Positions 18,586 to 30,131 of a stretch of 32,000 nt of DNA are shown piece after piece. The stretch is from positions 44,733 through 76,732 of the forward strand of contig JBNIDL010000002.1 of NCBI GenBank assembly GCA_050108195.1, in the 5' to 3' direction. The position numbers and the translations under genes are program-made. The DNA comes from Enterobacteriaceae bacterium entHe1 (lineage in GTDB: Bacteria > Pseudomonadota > Gammaproteobacteria > Enterobacterales > Enterobacteriaceae). Position 1 is the stretch's first letter. Every line of letters starts with the position of its first letter. The notes below the pieces were generated by a model. That model worked only from the letters and a program-made list of their open reading frames with translations, did no database searches and was not told the origin of the DNA.

Positions 18586-20400
18586 CTAACTAACTGTTAC
18601 TGATTTAGCTAAATTTCTTGGATGATCTAAGTCTATTTTCTTGTAAACAGCCATATAATAAGATAAAAGTTGCATAGGAATCACATACAATATAGGAGAT
18701 ACAATATCTCCCAAGTCAGGTAATAAAAAATGTTTTACATTTTTAAATTTATTTACATCAGAAAATAAATATACTAATCCATTTCTAGACAAGATTTGCT
18801 CTAAACTTAAACTAACAACGTTCTTTAACTGTTTTTTAGTAGCTAAAGCTATTACAGGTATATTTTTATCTATAAGAGATAAAACGCCGTGTTTTAGTTC
18901 TCCAGCAAAACAAGACTCTGCATGAATATAAGATATTTCTTTTATTTTTAAAGCAGCTTCCATTGCTATAGGATATAATTTTCCAGTACCTATAATAATT
19001 AAGTTTTTTACGTTAAATAAACAAAAAGATAACTTTTTAATATTTTTTTTTAAATTTAAAATATTTTTTATAATACTAGGTAGTTTATACAAAATTTTTA
19101 TTATTTTTTTTTCTAGTTTACAAGAGCTATTAATATATAATGATAAAAGTAATAAAACTATTAATTGTACGGTAAAAGTTTTAGTAGAAGCAACACTTAT
19201 TTCAATTCCAGCTTTAGTAATTAAAGAAATATCAGACTCTCTAACTAATGTAGAATAATAAGTATTACACACAGATAATATACACAAATATTTAAGCTTT
19301 TTAGATTTTCTTAAAACAGACAATATGTCTGCAGTTTCTCCAGACTGAGAAATAAGAATTAACATAGTATTAGATTTAACTATAGGCATTTTATTCTTAA
19401 ATTCAGAAGCTATTTCTACATTACATTGTAGTTTAGATATTTCTTCAAACCAATATTTTGATACAAGTGCAGAATGATAAGAACTACCACAAGCAACTAT
19501 ACTAATATGACTTACATTTTTAAAAATTAATTCTATATTTTTATTTAATTTAGAAAAATCAACTAAATTGTTTTTACAAAAATGATTTAAAGTGTTCTCT
19601 ATCGATTTTGGTTGATCAAATATTTCTTTCTCCATATAATATTTGTAAGGATATTTAGTAATATAACTACTAAAAGATTTTAATTTATTTTCTTTCCTAT
19701 TTATTAACATTCCAAATTTGTTCCATATTCTTACAGAAGAAGAAGTTATTTCGGAAACGTCTCCTTGTTTTAAATAAATAACTTTTTTAGTAAAAGAAGA
19801 AATAACCATAGGATCTGAAGAAAAAAAATTTTCTTTATTACTAAGACCTACAACAATAGGACTACCCAAATTAGCTGCAACTAGTACTTTTGGATTATAT
19901 TCATCCATAACCACAATACTATAAATACCCTTCAGCTTTTTTATTGCTGAATTTACTATTTCGTACAAATTTCTGTTTTTATTTTTTTTATACTCTAAAT
20001 TTATTAAATGAGCTATTATTTCTGTATCAGTATCACTAAAAAATTTATAGTTGTCATTTATCAACTTTTTTTTTATTTCTAGATAATTATCTATTGTACC
20101 ATTATGTACTACTGCTATATTTTCAGATATATGAGGATGAGCATTTTTTTCTGTAGGATTTCCATGGCTAGCCCATCTTGTATGAGCTATACCTATTTTG
20201 CCTTCAAAAGGATTCATAAAAAATATTTTTTTTAAATTTTTTACTCTTCCAACACACCTTAGTCTTTTTATTTTTTTATTTAAACTATTAATTATAGCGA
20301 TTCCAGAAGAATCATAACCTCTATACTCTAAAAAATTTAATATAGATAATAACAATTTTGATATCTCTCTTTTAGAATTAACAGCAATTATGCCACACAT
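18586..20400 (-). CDS. glmS: Glutamine--fructose-6-phosphate aminotransferase (isomerizing)
   Basis: The ORF track begins at 20403, but that codon is TTG. The next codon is ATG followed by Cys (MCGIIAV), and GlmS needs Cys as the mature N-terminal nucleophile, so I start it at 20400 (604 aa). The SIS domains include SQSGETADIL, and the C-terminus is RNLAKSVTVS. Confidence 0.93.
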   Translation of the reverse strand: MCGIIAVNSKREISKLLLSILNFLEYRGYDSSGIAIINSLNKKIKRLRCVGRVKNLKKIFFMNPFEGKIGIAHTRWASHGNPTEKNAHPHISENIAVVHNGTIDNYLEIKKKLINDNYKFFSDTDTEIIAHLINLEYKKNKNRNLYEIVNSAIKKLKGIYSIVVMDEYNPKVLVAANLGSPIVVGLSNKENFFSSDPMVISSFTKKVIYLKQGDVSEITSSSVRIWNKFGMLINRKENKLKSFSSYITKYPYKYYMEKEIFDQPKSIENTLNHFCKNNLVDFSKLNKNIELIFKNVSHISIVACGSSYHSALVSKYWFEEISKLQCNVEIASEFKNKMPIVKSNTMLILISQSGETADILSVLRKSKKLKYLCILSVCNTYYSTLVRESDISLITKAGIEISVASTKTFTVQLIVLLLLSLYINSSCKLEKKIIKILYKLPSIIKNILNLKKNIKKLSFCLFNVKNLIIIGTGKLYPIAMEAALKIKEISYIHAESCFAGELKHGVLSLIDKNIPVIALATKKQLKNVVSLSLEQILSRNGLVYLFSDVNKFKNVKHFLLPDLGDIVSPILYVIPMQLLSYYMAVYKKIDLDHPRNLAKSVTVS

Positions 20401-20406
20401 CAAGCA

Positions 20407-20411
20407 CTCCT
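20407..20411 (-). promoter_or_regulatory. Probable Shine-Dalgarno element for glmS
   Basis: The reverse complement reads AGGAG, 6 nt upstream of the glmS ATG at 20400. It is the only GC-containing block in the 34-bp glmU-glmS spacer. Confidence 0.5.
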
Positions 20412-20434
20412 GATTTTTAAAAAATAATACTTAT

Positions 20435-21808
20435 CTATTTTTTTACCCTTTTCCAATTTTTAATAGAAAATTGCTTTACACGACTTATAGTTAACCCGTT
20501 CGATAAAACATTCTTTGTAATTGTACTACCAGCTCCAATTGTAGCATCTTTTGTTATTCTTAATGGAGCTATAATTTGTGTATCTGCGCCTATAAAAACA
20601 TTATCACCTATAATTGTTTTATGTTTGTACATACCATCATAATTACATACAATAACACCTGCACCTATGTTAACTTTTTTACCTACCTCTGAATCACCTA
20701 AATAACTTAAATGTTTAGCTTTAGAGAAATCACCAAAGCTAGTATTTTTTATTTCTACAAAAGAACCTATTTTTGTATTTTTTTTTATTTTACTTTTTAA
20801 TATTACAGCAAAAGGTCCAATTTTAGAATTTGACATTATTTTAGTATTTTTTATGTAAGAATATGGATAAATAGTAACATTATCTTCTATATGCACGTTT
20901 TCTAAAATAGAACCATTTTTTATTTTTACGTTATTTCCTAAAAAAATTTTACCTTTTAACACAACATCAGGTTCTATTGTTAGATCTTTACCATGAGTGA
21001 CATCACCATATATTTCTATTCTACTAACATTATAAATATTAACACCAGAAGACAACAATTTAATTATTTTATTTTTTCTTATAATTTTTTCTACAACAAA
21101 AAGTTGTAATTTATTATTTATATTGATTATTTCACTTTTGTTTCTTACCATTAAAGACGTAACTTTAATATCTTTTTTATAAGCATAGTTTAAAATTTTA
21201 GTTATATAAATTTCTTTAGTTTTTTTATCTTTTTTAATTTTTTTTATTAAGTAAATCAAAATTTTTTTATTTATAAAAAAAATACCAGAATTAACTTCCT
21301 TTATTTTTAAATATTTATCAGAAGTTATATTACTTTCTTCTATTATTTTTATTATCTTTTCATTTTTTCTAATTATTCTTCCATATCCGGTGGGATTTTT
21401 TAAAAAAGCTGTAACTATAGTAAAATTTCTTTTTAGTTTATACTTTTTAATTAAATTTTTAATAGTTTTCTTTTTAATTAAAGGCATATCTCCAAGCAAT
21501 ATTAATAAATGTTTATCCTTATACGCATAAGGAATAACTTGCTTTATTGCATCTCCTGTTCCAAGTGGAAACTTTTGTAATATCCATTTTACTTTAATGC
21601 CATGTAAATTAAGTGAATTTTTAATATTTTCACAATCACTATTATAAACTATATAAACATTATCAGTCTTTATTTTTTTTAAGGTGTTTAAAATATATTG
21701 AATCATAGGTTTCCCATAAACAGGAAAAAACGATTTAGGGATACTTGTTAACATTCTTTTACCTTTCCCTGCAGCTAAAATTACAATACTAAATTTAAAA
21801 ATAGACAT
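20435..21808 (-). CDS. glmU: Bifunctional GlcNAc-1-phosphate uridyltransferase / glucosamine-1-phosphate acetyltransferase
   Basis: 457 aa. It has the N-terminal nucleotidyltransferase motif ILAAGKGKRM and LGTGDA. The C-terminal left-handed beta-helix hexapeptide repeats include IGDNVFIGADTQIIAP and ATIGAGSTITKNV. It lies upstream of glmS, as in enterobacteria. Confidence 0.93.
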   Translation of the reverse strand: MSIFKFSIVILAAGKGKRMLTSIPKSFFPVYGKPMIQYILNTLKKIKTDNVYIVYNSDCENIKNSLNLHGIKVKWILQKFPLGTGDAIKQVIPYAYKDKHLLILLGDMPLIKKKTIKNLIKKYKLKRNFTIVTAFLKNPTGYGRIIRKNEKIIKIIEESNITSDKYLKIKEVNSGIFFINKKILIYLIKKIKKDKKTKEIYITKILNYAYKKDIKVTSLMVRNKSEIININNKLQLFVVEKIIRKNKIIKLLSSGVNIYNVSRIEIYGDVTHGKDLTIEPDVVLKGKIFLGNNVKIKNGSILENVHIEDNVTIYPYSYIKNTKIMSNSKIGPFAVILKSKIKKNTKIGSFVEIKNTSFGDFSKAKHLSYLGDSEVGKKVNIGAGVIVCNYDGMYKHKTIIGDNVFIGADTQIIAPLRITKDATIGAGSTITKNVLSNGLTISRVKQFSIKNWKRVKK

Positions 21809-21841
21809 TCGATTTATAGTTTAATATTATTAGAAAAAAAT

Positions 21842-24310
<2,469 letters not shown>

Positions 24311-24321
24311 GAAATCTATAT

Positions 24322-25866
24322 TTAATTAAATATATGTTTTTTATTTAAAACAAAACTACTTATTACTTTTTTTATTTTATTTTTTAAATCTGATACTAAA
24401 AAACTAGAAGTTTCAATAGTTTTCATTAAACTAAAAAAATTCTTTTTAAAATGTTCAATTAGTTTAAATTCAAATAATTTAATTTTTTTAAAATCTACAT
24501 ATTTTACATAATTATATTTTATTACAAAAAAAATAATTATTTCTTCTGAGATTGACATCGGAAAATTTTTTCTTTGTTTTAATAATTCAATTATTTTTTT
24601 TCCGTAATTTATTTTATTTATTGTTGCTTTATCTAATTCTGAAGAAAATTGAGAAAACGAAGATAATTCATAATATTGAGATAAAATCATCTTAATTTTC
24701 TTAGAAAAATGTTTCATTATTTCCGTTTGAGCTGATGATCCAATTCTAGAAACTGATATTCCAATATTTATTGCTGGTCTTATTCCTGAATTAAAGAGAT
24801 TAGATTCTAAAAATATTTGTCCATCAGTGATAGAAATAACATTAGTTGGAATAAAAGAAGATACATCTCCTAATTGAGTTTCTATTATTGGTATGGCAGT
24901 AAGAGAACCTGATTTATTTTTTATTTTACCAAAAGTTTTTTCTTTTACATAATATTTATTTACACAAGCAGATCTTTCTAATAATTTAGAATGTAAAAAA
25001 AATATATCTCCAGGATAAGCTTCTCTTCCTGGTGGTTTTTCAAGAAGTAAAGAAATTTGTCTATAAGCTATTGCATGTTTAGATAAATCATCATATATAA
25101 TTAAAGCATCTTCTCCATTATTCATAAAAAATTCTCCTAAGCTACATCCATAGTAAGGAGATAAATATTGAAGAGAAGCTGAATCGGAAGCACTCGCTAA
25201 AACAACTACTGTATAATTTAAAGAATTATTTTTAATTAAAGTTTGCACTATATTTAAGACAGTAGAAGATTTTTGACCAATCGCTACATATATACACTTT
25301 ACATTTTTATTTCTTTGATTCATTATTATATCTAAAGCTATTGTTGTTTTTCCAGTTTGCCTATCTCCAACAATTAACTCTCTTTGACCTTTTCCTATAG
25401 GTATCATAGAATCTATAAATTTATAACCGGTATATAAAGGTCTATTTATTGATGATCTTTCAATAATACTAGGAGAAGATTTATCTAATAAATAAAATTC
25501 GTCACTTTTTATATCTCCTTTTCCGTCTATAGGCACACCTATACCATTTACAACTCTTCCTAGAAAATTTTTTCCTACAGGAAGTTCAAGAAGTTTACCT
25601 GTTCTTTTTACTTTCATTCCTTCTTTAACTATATTATATTTACCTATTATTATAGCGCTAACTGTATCTCTTTTTAGGCATTGAACAATTGCTTTTATGT
25701 TTTCGTTTATTATAATTACTTCTCCAAACATTACATTATAAATTCCATAAACTTTTATTACCCCATCTTTTATGGAGATAACAACACCTTCTTCATAAAT
25801 TATATTTTTGTCTTTATAACTTAGGATTTTTTCTTTTATTACTTTGCTAAATTCAAATAAATTCAT
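24322..25866 (-). CDS. atpA: F1 ATP synthase alpha subunit
   Basis: 514 aa. It has Walker A GDRQTGKTTIALD, plus YDDLSKHAIAYRQISLLL.KPPGREAYPGD.F.LHS.LLER and ITDGQIFLES.LFN.GIRPAIN.G.SVSR. Confidence 0.97.
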   Translation of the reverse strand: MNLFEFSKVIKEKILSYKDKNIIYEEGVVISIKDGVIKVYGIYNVMFGEVIIINENIKAIVQCLKRDTVSAIIIGKYNIVKEGMKVKRTGKLLELPVGKNFLGRVVNGIGVPIDGKGDIKSDEFYLLDKSSPSIIERSSINRPLYTGYKFIDSMIPIGKGQRELIVGDRQTGKTTIALDIIMNQRNKNVKCIYVAIGQKSSTVLNIVQTLIKNNSLNYTVVVLASASDSASLQYLSPYYGCSLGEFFMNNGEDALIIYDDLSKHAIAYRQISLLLEKPPGREAYPGDIFFLHSKLLERSACVNKYYVKEKTFGKIKNKSGSLTAIPIIETQLGDVSSFIPTNVISITDGQIFLESNLFNSGIRPAINIGISVSRIGSSAQTEIMKHFSKKIKMILSQYYELSSFSQFSSELDKATINKINYGKKIIELLKQRKNFPMSISEEIIIFFVIKYNYVKYVDFKKIKLFEFKLIEHFKKNFFSLMKTIETSSFLVSDLKNKIKKVISSFVLNKKHIFN

Positions 25867-25870
25867 TTAT

Positions 25871-26413
25871 TTAAAGCTTACTCATGAAATTTTTAATATT
25901 GTATATTCTACTTTTTATACTATTATTTATTGTAATATTTTTAAATTTTATTATAAATCCCGATATTATACTTTTATTTATAGATAATTTAATTTTTGGC
26001 TTAAAATTAAATTTATTTTTAATAAATTTACATATTTTTTTTAATTGCGATCTATTCATATAACAAGAAGAAATAATTTTTACTTTTTTAATATTTTTAT
26101 ATTTATTATCAATTTTTACAAAATAATTAAATATAGAAGGAAAAATACAAAAATGTTCGTACTTAAGAGTTATTTTAATTAAATTTAAAAAAAAATCATC
26201 TGCAATATTAGAAAGTTCTTTTATTAAAAAATTATTTAATTTTTTATATTTAATATTTTTACTACTAAACAAAAATTCAGAATTTTTTATTTTTGCAATA
26301 TAAGATAATAAAATTAAAATTTTATAATAAAAAAAAGTTTTCTTTTTTTTTTTTAAAATACTAAATATACATTTAGCATAGATTTTAGATATATAATTTT
26401 CATTTTTTATCAT
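25871..26413 (-). CDS. atpH: F1 ATP synthase delta subunit
   Basis: 180 aa (E. coli has 177), in the conserved position between atpF and atpA. The N-terminal I...YAK..F and C-terminal I.GF.IK.....I..S.K..I are delta-like. The rest is weakly conserved, so the call rests largely on synteny and size. Confidence 0.75.
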   Translation of the reverse strand: MIKNENYISKIYAKCIFSILKKKKKTFFYYKILILLSYIAKIKNSEFLFSSKNIKYKKLNNFLIKELSNIADDFFLNLIKITLKYEHFCIFPSIFNYFVKIDNKYKNIKKVKIISSCYMNRSQLKKICKFIKNKFNFKPKIKLSINKSIISGFIIKFKNITINNSIKSRIYNIKNFMSKL

Positions 26414-26890
26414 TTATAATTTTTTAATAATTTTATCTATTATCTTTTTATTTAAATATTTATCTCTTTTTAAGGAAATATTTATTATTTTTTCCAATAT
26501 ATTCATAACCAAATCTACCATCTGTATTTTAAAGTTTTTATATATTTCTTTTTTTTCTATCTTTATTTTTTCTTTAGCCATTTTTATTATATTTTTGTAA
26601 TCTTTTTTAGCCTGTAAGTTGGCGTCTGATATTATTTTATCTTTTTCTTTTTCTGCCAAACATAATATGTTCTTTGCTTTATTTTCAGTTTTTTTTAGTA
26701 AATTTTTATATTTATTTTTATATTTTTTTAAGTAAATTTTTGCATTTTTATACATTAATTTTGTACATAATATATCTTTTTTTCTTTTTTCTATTATTTT
26801 AATGAAATGCGGTATTATAAATCTTTTATAAAAAAACAAAAATAAAAAAAAAGAAAACATTTGTACAAATATAGTAAAATTTATTTTCAT
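26414..26890 (-). CDS. atpF: Fo ATP synthase subunit b
   Basis: 158 aa (E. coli has 156). A single N-terminal hydrophobic segment is followed by a long, highly charged predicted helix. It lies between atpE and atpH, and its stop abuts the atpH start with no spacer. Confidence 0.8.
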   Translation of the reverse strand: MKINFTIFVQMFSFFLFLFFYKRFIIPHFIKIIEKRKKDILCTKLMYKNAKIYLKKYKNKYKNLLKKTENKAKNILCLAEKEKDKIISDANLQAKKDYKNIIKMAKEKIKIEKKEIYKNFKIQMVDLVMNILEKIINISLKRDKYLNKKIIDKIIKKL

Positions 26891-26901
26891 TTTATTTTTA
26901 A

Positions 26902-27138
26902 TTATTTAGAAAAAATAAGATATAAACTTATACCTACAGCTATCATTGGTATAGCATCAATCAGCCCAATAATTATAAAAAATTGTGTTCTTAATATTGG
27001 TATTAAATCAGGTTGCCTAGAAGCGTTATTTAAAAATTTACTTCCTAGAAAACTTATACTTATTGTAGCACTAATTACAGATATGCTTATCATTATAGCT
27101 GCAATTAAATAAGATAAATCATAATTAAAGTTATTCAT
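26902..27138 (-). CDS. atpE: Fo ATP synthase subunit c
   Basis: 78 aa. [35 protein letters not shown] is nearly identical to E. coli subunit c, including the polar loop RQP and the proton-carrying Asp in the (L/I)DAIPM block. Confidence 0.95.
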   Translation of the reverse strand: MNNFNYDLSYLIAAIMISISVISATISISFLGSKFLNNASRQPDLIPILRTQFFIIIGLIDAIPMIAVGISLYLIFSK

Positions 27139-27146
27139 TATTTGAA

Positions 27147-27150
27147 CCTC
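27147..27150 (-). promoter_or_regulatory. Probable Shine-Dalgarno element for atpE
   Basis: The reverse complement reads GAGG, 8 nt upstream of the atpE ATG at 27138, within the 48-bp atpB-atpE spacer. Confidence 0.4.
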
Positions 27151-27186
27151 ACTAAAAAAAAGTATTTTAAATAAATTTTAATCTAT

Positions 27187-27990
27187 TTAATCTTCAATAG
27201 ATACTGATATATAAACTATAGTAAGTATCATAAATATAAAAGATTGAAGTAAAATTATAGGCATATGAAAGATAGATAACAAAAATATTAATAACCATTG
27301 TATACAAATTGGAGCTAAAGATGTAGTAATAAGTAAAATTAGTTCGCATGAATATATATTTCCAAACAATCTTAATCCTAATGAAATAACCTTAGATATA
27401 TGTTCAATTAATTCAAGTATTAAATTAAAAGGAATCATAAAGAAAAAGTTAAATGGGTGAAAAAATAATTTTTTCATGAAAATACCAAAGCCTCTATTTT
27501 TTATCTTATAATATATTAAGATAATTAGAACACTTAAACTCATAGCCAATGTAATATTTATATCAGCAGTTGGAATTATATGTAAATTATTTATTCCAAT
27601 CAGATTACTTGTTATGTATAAAACAACATCATGAGGCAATAAGCTAATAGAATTCATACAAAATATCCAAACAAAATTCAAAAAAGAAATAGATGATATA
27701 AAAATACTATTTTTTTTTATTGAACTATATATTTGTTTATTTATAAAAACTAAAATTATTTCTATAAATATTTGAAAATTTTCTGGCGAGTAAACAGATA
27801 ATTTTTTACACTTAATATGTAAAAAAAAAGTTAAAAGACAAATTACAAAAAAAGAAGAAAATAAAGAATCAACATTTAACATCCAAAAACGACTATTTTT
27901 TACGCATTTTAAAAAAACCAAATTTTTTAAATCTAATTGTAAATGACATAAATGATTGTAAATATAATCTTTTATACTAATATATTTCAT
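27187..27990 (-). CDS. atpB: Fo ATP synthase subunit a
   Basis: 267 aa (E. coli has 271) and multi-pass hydrophobic. The essential Arg region ISLGLRLFGNIYSCELI matches E. coli LGLRLFGNMYAGELI. It is the first gene of the atp operon here. Confidence 0.92.
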   Translation of the reverse strand: MKYISIKDYIYNHLCHLQLDLKNLVFLKCVKNSRFWMLNVDSLFSSFFVICLLTFFLHIKCKKLSVYSPENFQIFIEIILVFINKQIYSSIKKNSIFISSISFLNFVWIFCMNSISLLPHDVVLYITSNLIGINNLHIIPTADINITLAMSLSVLIILIYYKIKNRGFGIFMKKLFFHPFNFFFMIPFNLILELIEHISKVISLGLRLFGNIYSCELILLITTSLAPICIQWLLIFLLSIFHMPIILLQSFIFMILTIVYISVSIED

Positions 27991-28079
27991 GAATTGTAAA
28001 ATCTTTCATCTAATAAAAATTAGTAAATTTAATTTATTTTATATATTATTATTAAAATTTAAGTTAGTAAATAATTTAA

Positions 28080-29945
28080 TTAATTTAGTTTTTTCATCCA
28101 AACTGACAAGATATAAATAGCAGATTTTGTGATACCTGGTGTGTTATTAAGATCATAAAAAGTTAAAGGTTTATATTTTTTAATATTTTCTATTACCTCG
28201 TTTGATAGGCCTGGTATTAAGTTATAATTGATATTTTTGGGAATATTAAAATCTTTAAATAGTTCAATTTTTTTTACTTCTCTTCTTTGTTTTTTTATAT
28301 AACCTTCATATTTTATTTCTGATTCTATAAATCTAAAATAGTTTTTGTCTGATATTTTTGTTTTAAAAATTTTAAAATTTAATAATTTATCATAAGTTAT
28401 TAATGGGTTTTTTAAAAGTTTAAAAAAACTTGTTTTTTTATCTATATTTATTCCATAAGAATTTTTCAAAATTTTACTTTCTTTAGTTAATGGATATATA
28501 AATGTATTTTTTAAATTATTTTTTTCTTTTTCAATCAATTTATTTTTTTTGTTAAAATTTTTCCAATTAAAATCATTAATCGTATTAAGTTTTCTAGCTA
28601 TAGGCGTCAATCTAATATCGGCATTATCTTCCCTTAAGAATAATCTATATTCCGACCTTGAAGTAAACATCCTATATGGTTCTTTAATTTTTTTAGAACA
28701 TAAATCATCTATTAAAACTCCTAAATAAGAGTTATTTCTTTTTGGTATCCAACTTTTCAAATTTAAACTAGTTCTAGCTGCATTTATTCCAGCTATTAAT
28801 CCCTGAGCTGCTGCTTCTTCATATCCTGTAGTTCCATTTATTTGACCTGCTAAAAATAAATTTTTTATAATTTTGCTTTCTAAATTTTTTTTTAAATCTT
28901 CTGGATTAAAAAAATCATATTCTACAGTATAAGCTGGTTTAGTAATACAAGCTTTTTCTAATCCTTTAATTGACCTAATTATTTTAATTTGTATATTAAG
29001 AGGAAAACTCATTGATATGCCATTAGGATAAAATTCTCTGCTAAAAATTCCCTCTGGTTCCAAAAAAATTTGATGATTAAATTTATCAGGAAATTTAAAA
29101 ACTTTATCTTCTATTGATAAACAATATCTAGGTCCTATTCCTTTTAATTTTAATGAATTTATTGAATTATGTTTTATATTTTCCCTTATTATTTCGTGCG
29201 TAATATCATTTGTATGAGTTATATAACAATTTTTTTGTTCTAGTTTACTAAAACTATAGTCAAAAAAAGACATTTTTGTGGTTGAATAATCACTTTCTTG
29301 TTTATCTAAATTTTTAAAATTTATAGTATTTTTTAAAATTCTAGGTGGAGTTCCAGTCTTTAGTCTTTCTATTTTGAATGGAAATTTTTTTAAAAATTTA
29401 GGTAAATTTTTTGAAGAATTATCTCCTATTCTCCCACCTTCTTTTTTGCTATTTCCTATATATATACAAGCGTTAAAAAAAGTTCCAGTAGCTAATATAG
29501 TAACTTTAGATTTGAATTTAAGTCCATCTTTAGTAATTACTCCAAAAACAGTGTTATTTTTAATAATTAAAGAACTTACATCTTTTTGTAAAATAGTTAA
29601 TTTATCTTGATTTTTCAAAAAATAATATATAGTTTTACTATAAAAATTTCTGTCTACTTGTATTCTTGTAGATCTAACTGCATAACCCTTACTAGAATTT
29701 AATATTTTAAAGTTTATCCCAGAGCGATCTGCAGCTCTAGCCATTAATCCACCCATAGCATCAATTTCTTTAACTAGATGACTTTTACCTATACCACCTA
29801 TAGAAGGATTACAAGACATAATTCCTATTTTATTAATATCGTTTGTAATTAATAAAGTTTTACAACCAATAGTAGATGAAATATATGACGCTTCTGTACC
29901 TGCATGACCTCCTCCTATCACAATTACATCAAAAAAATTAATCAT
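28080..29945 (-). CDS. mnmG: tRNA uridine 5-carboxymethylaminomethyl modification enzyme MnmG (GidA)
   Basis: 621 aa. It has the FAD motif FDVIVIGGGHAGTEA, plus MSCNPSIGGIGK.HLVKEIDA.GG, LKTGTPPR, LFLAGQINGTTGYEEAAAQGL.AG.NA and TSR.EYRL.LREDNAD.RLT. Confidence 0.96.
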   Translation of the reverse strand: MINFFDVIVIGGGHAGTEASYISSTIGCKTLLITNDINKIGIMSCNPSIGGIGKSHLVKEIDAMGGLMARAADRSGINFKILNSSKGYAVRSTRIQVDRNFYSKTIYYFLKNQDKLTILQKDVSSLIIKNNTVFGVITKDGLKFKSKVTILATGTFFNACIYIGNSKKEGGRIGDNSSKNLPKFLKKFPFKIERLKTGTPPRILKNTINFKNLDKQESDYSTTKMSFFDYSFSKLEQKNCYITHTNDITHEIIRENIKHNSINSLKLKGIGPRYCLSIEDKVFKFPDKFNHQIFLEPEGIFSREFYPNGISMSFPLNIQIKIIRSIKGLEKACITKPAYTVEYDFFNPEDLKKNLESKIIKNLFLAGQINGTTGYEEAAAQGLIAGINAARTSLNLKSWIPKRNNSYLGVLIDDLCSKKIKEPYRMFTSRSEYRLFLREDNADIRLTPIARKLNTINDFNWKNFNKKNKLIEKEKNNLKNTFIYPLTKESKILKNSYGINIDKKTSFFKLLKNPLITYDKLLNFKIFKTKISDKNYFRFIESEIKYEGYIKKQRREVKKIELFKDFNIPKNINYNLIPGLSNEVIENIKKYKPLTFYDLNNTPGITKSAIYILSVWMKKLN

Positions 29946-30131
29946 ATTTATTAGTTTGAATTACTTAAAGTTATTATCAGAATTTTAAAGAAAAGCTTAT
30001 TTAAGCTTAAAATTTTTAATCAATAATTTTAATAAAAATTCGATTTTGTTCCTTAATTAGTTTAGTTTATTATAATAATTATAACTATGTAAAACTAAAA
30101 TTAAATATATTTAAAGAATATATAAAAAATA

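Noticed and set aside
26861-27112. 83-aa ORF antisense to atpE and the atpF start
   Set aside because: atpE on the minus strand is nearly identical to E. coli subunit c, so the plus-strand ORF is its hydrophobic mirror image.
29974-29982. TTATCAGAA in the mnmG-kup spacer as a possible relic DnaA box
   Set aside because: It is only a 6/9 match, a single copy and indistinguishable from background.
29993-30008. Palindrome AAGCTTA-TT-TAAGCTT (7-bp arms) in the mnmG-kup spacer, considered as an operator or hairpin
   Set aside because: The arms are short, the 2-nt spacer cannot form a stable hairpin loop, and the element cannot be extended. It is noticeable only because G and C are rare here, and there is no second copy in the window. 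It is worth remembering only if the spacer proves to be the origin.
30057-30068. Short tandem TTAGT/TTTAG repeats upstream of kup, with another TTAGTTT at 29951
   Set aside because: There are only two to three units of a 5-7 nt A/T-rich word. This is low-complexity sequence and not a convincing iteron array.
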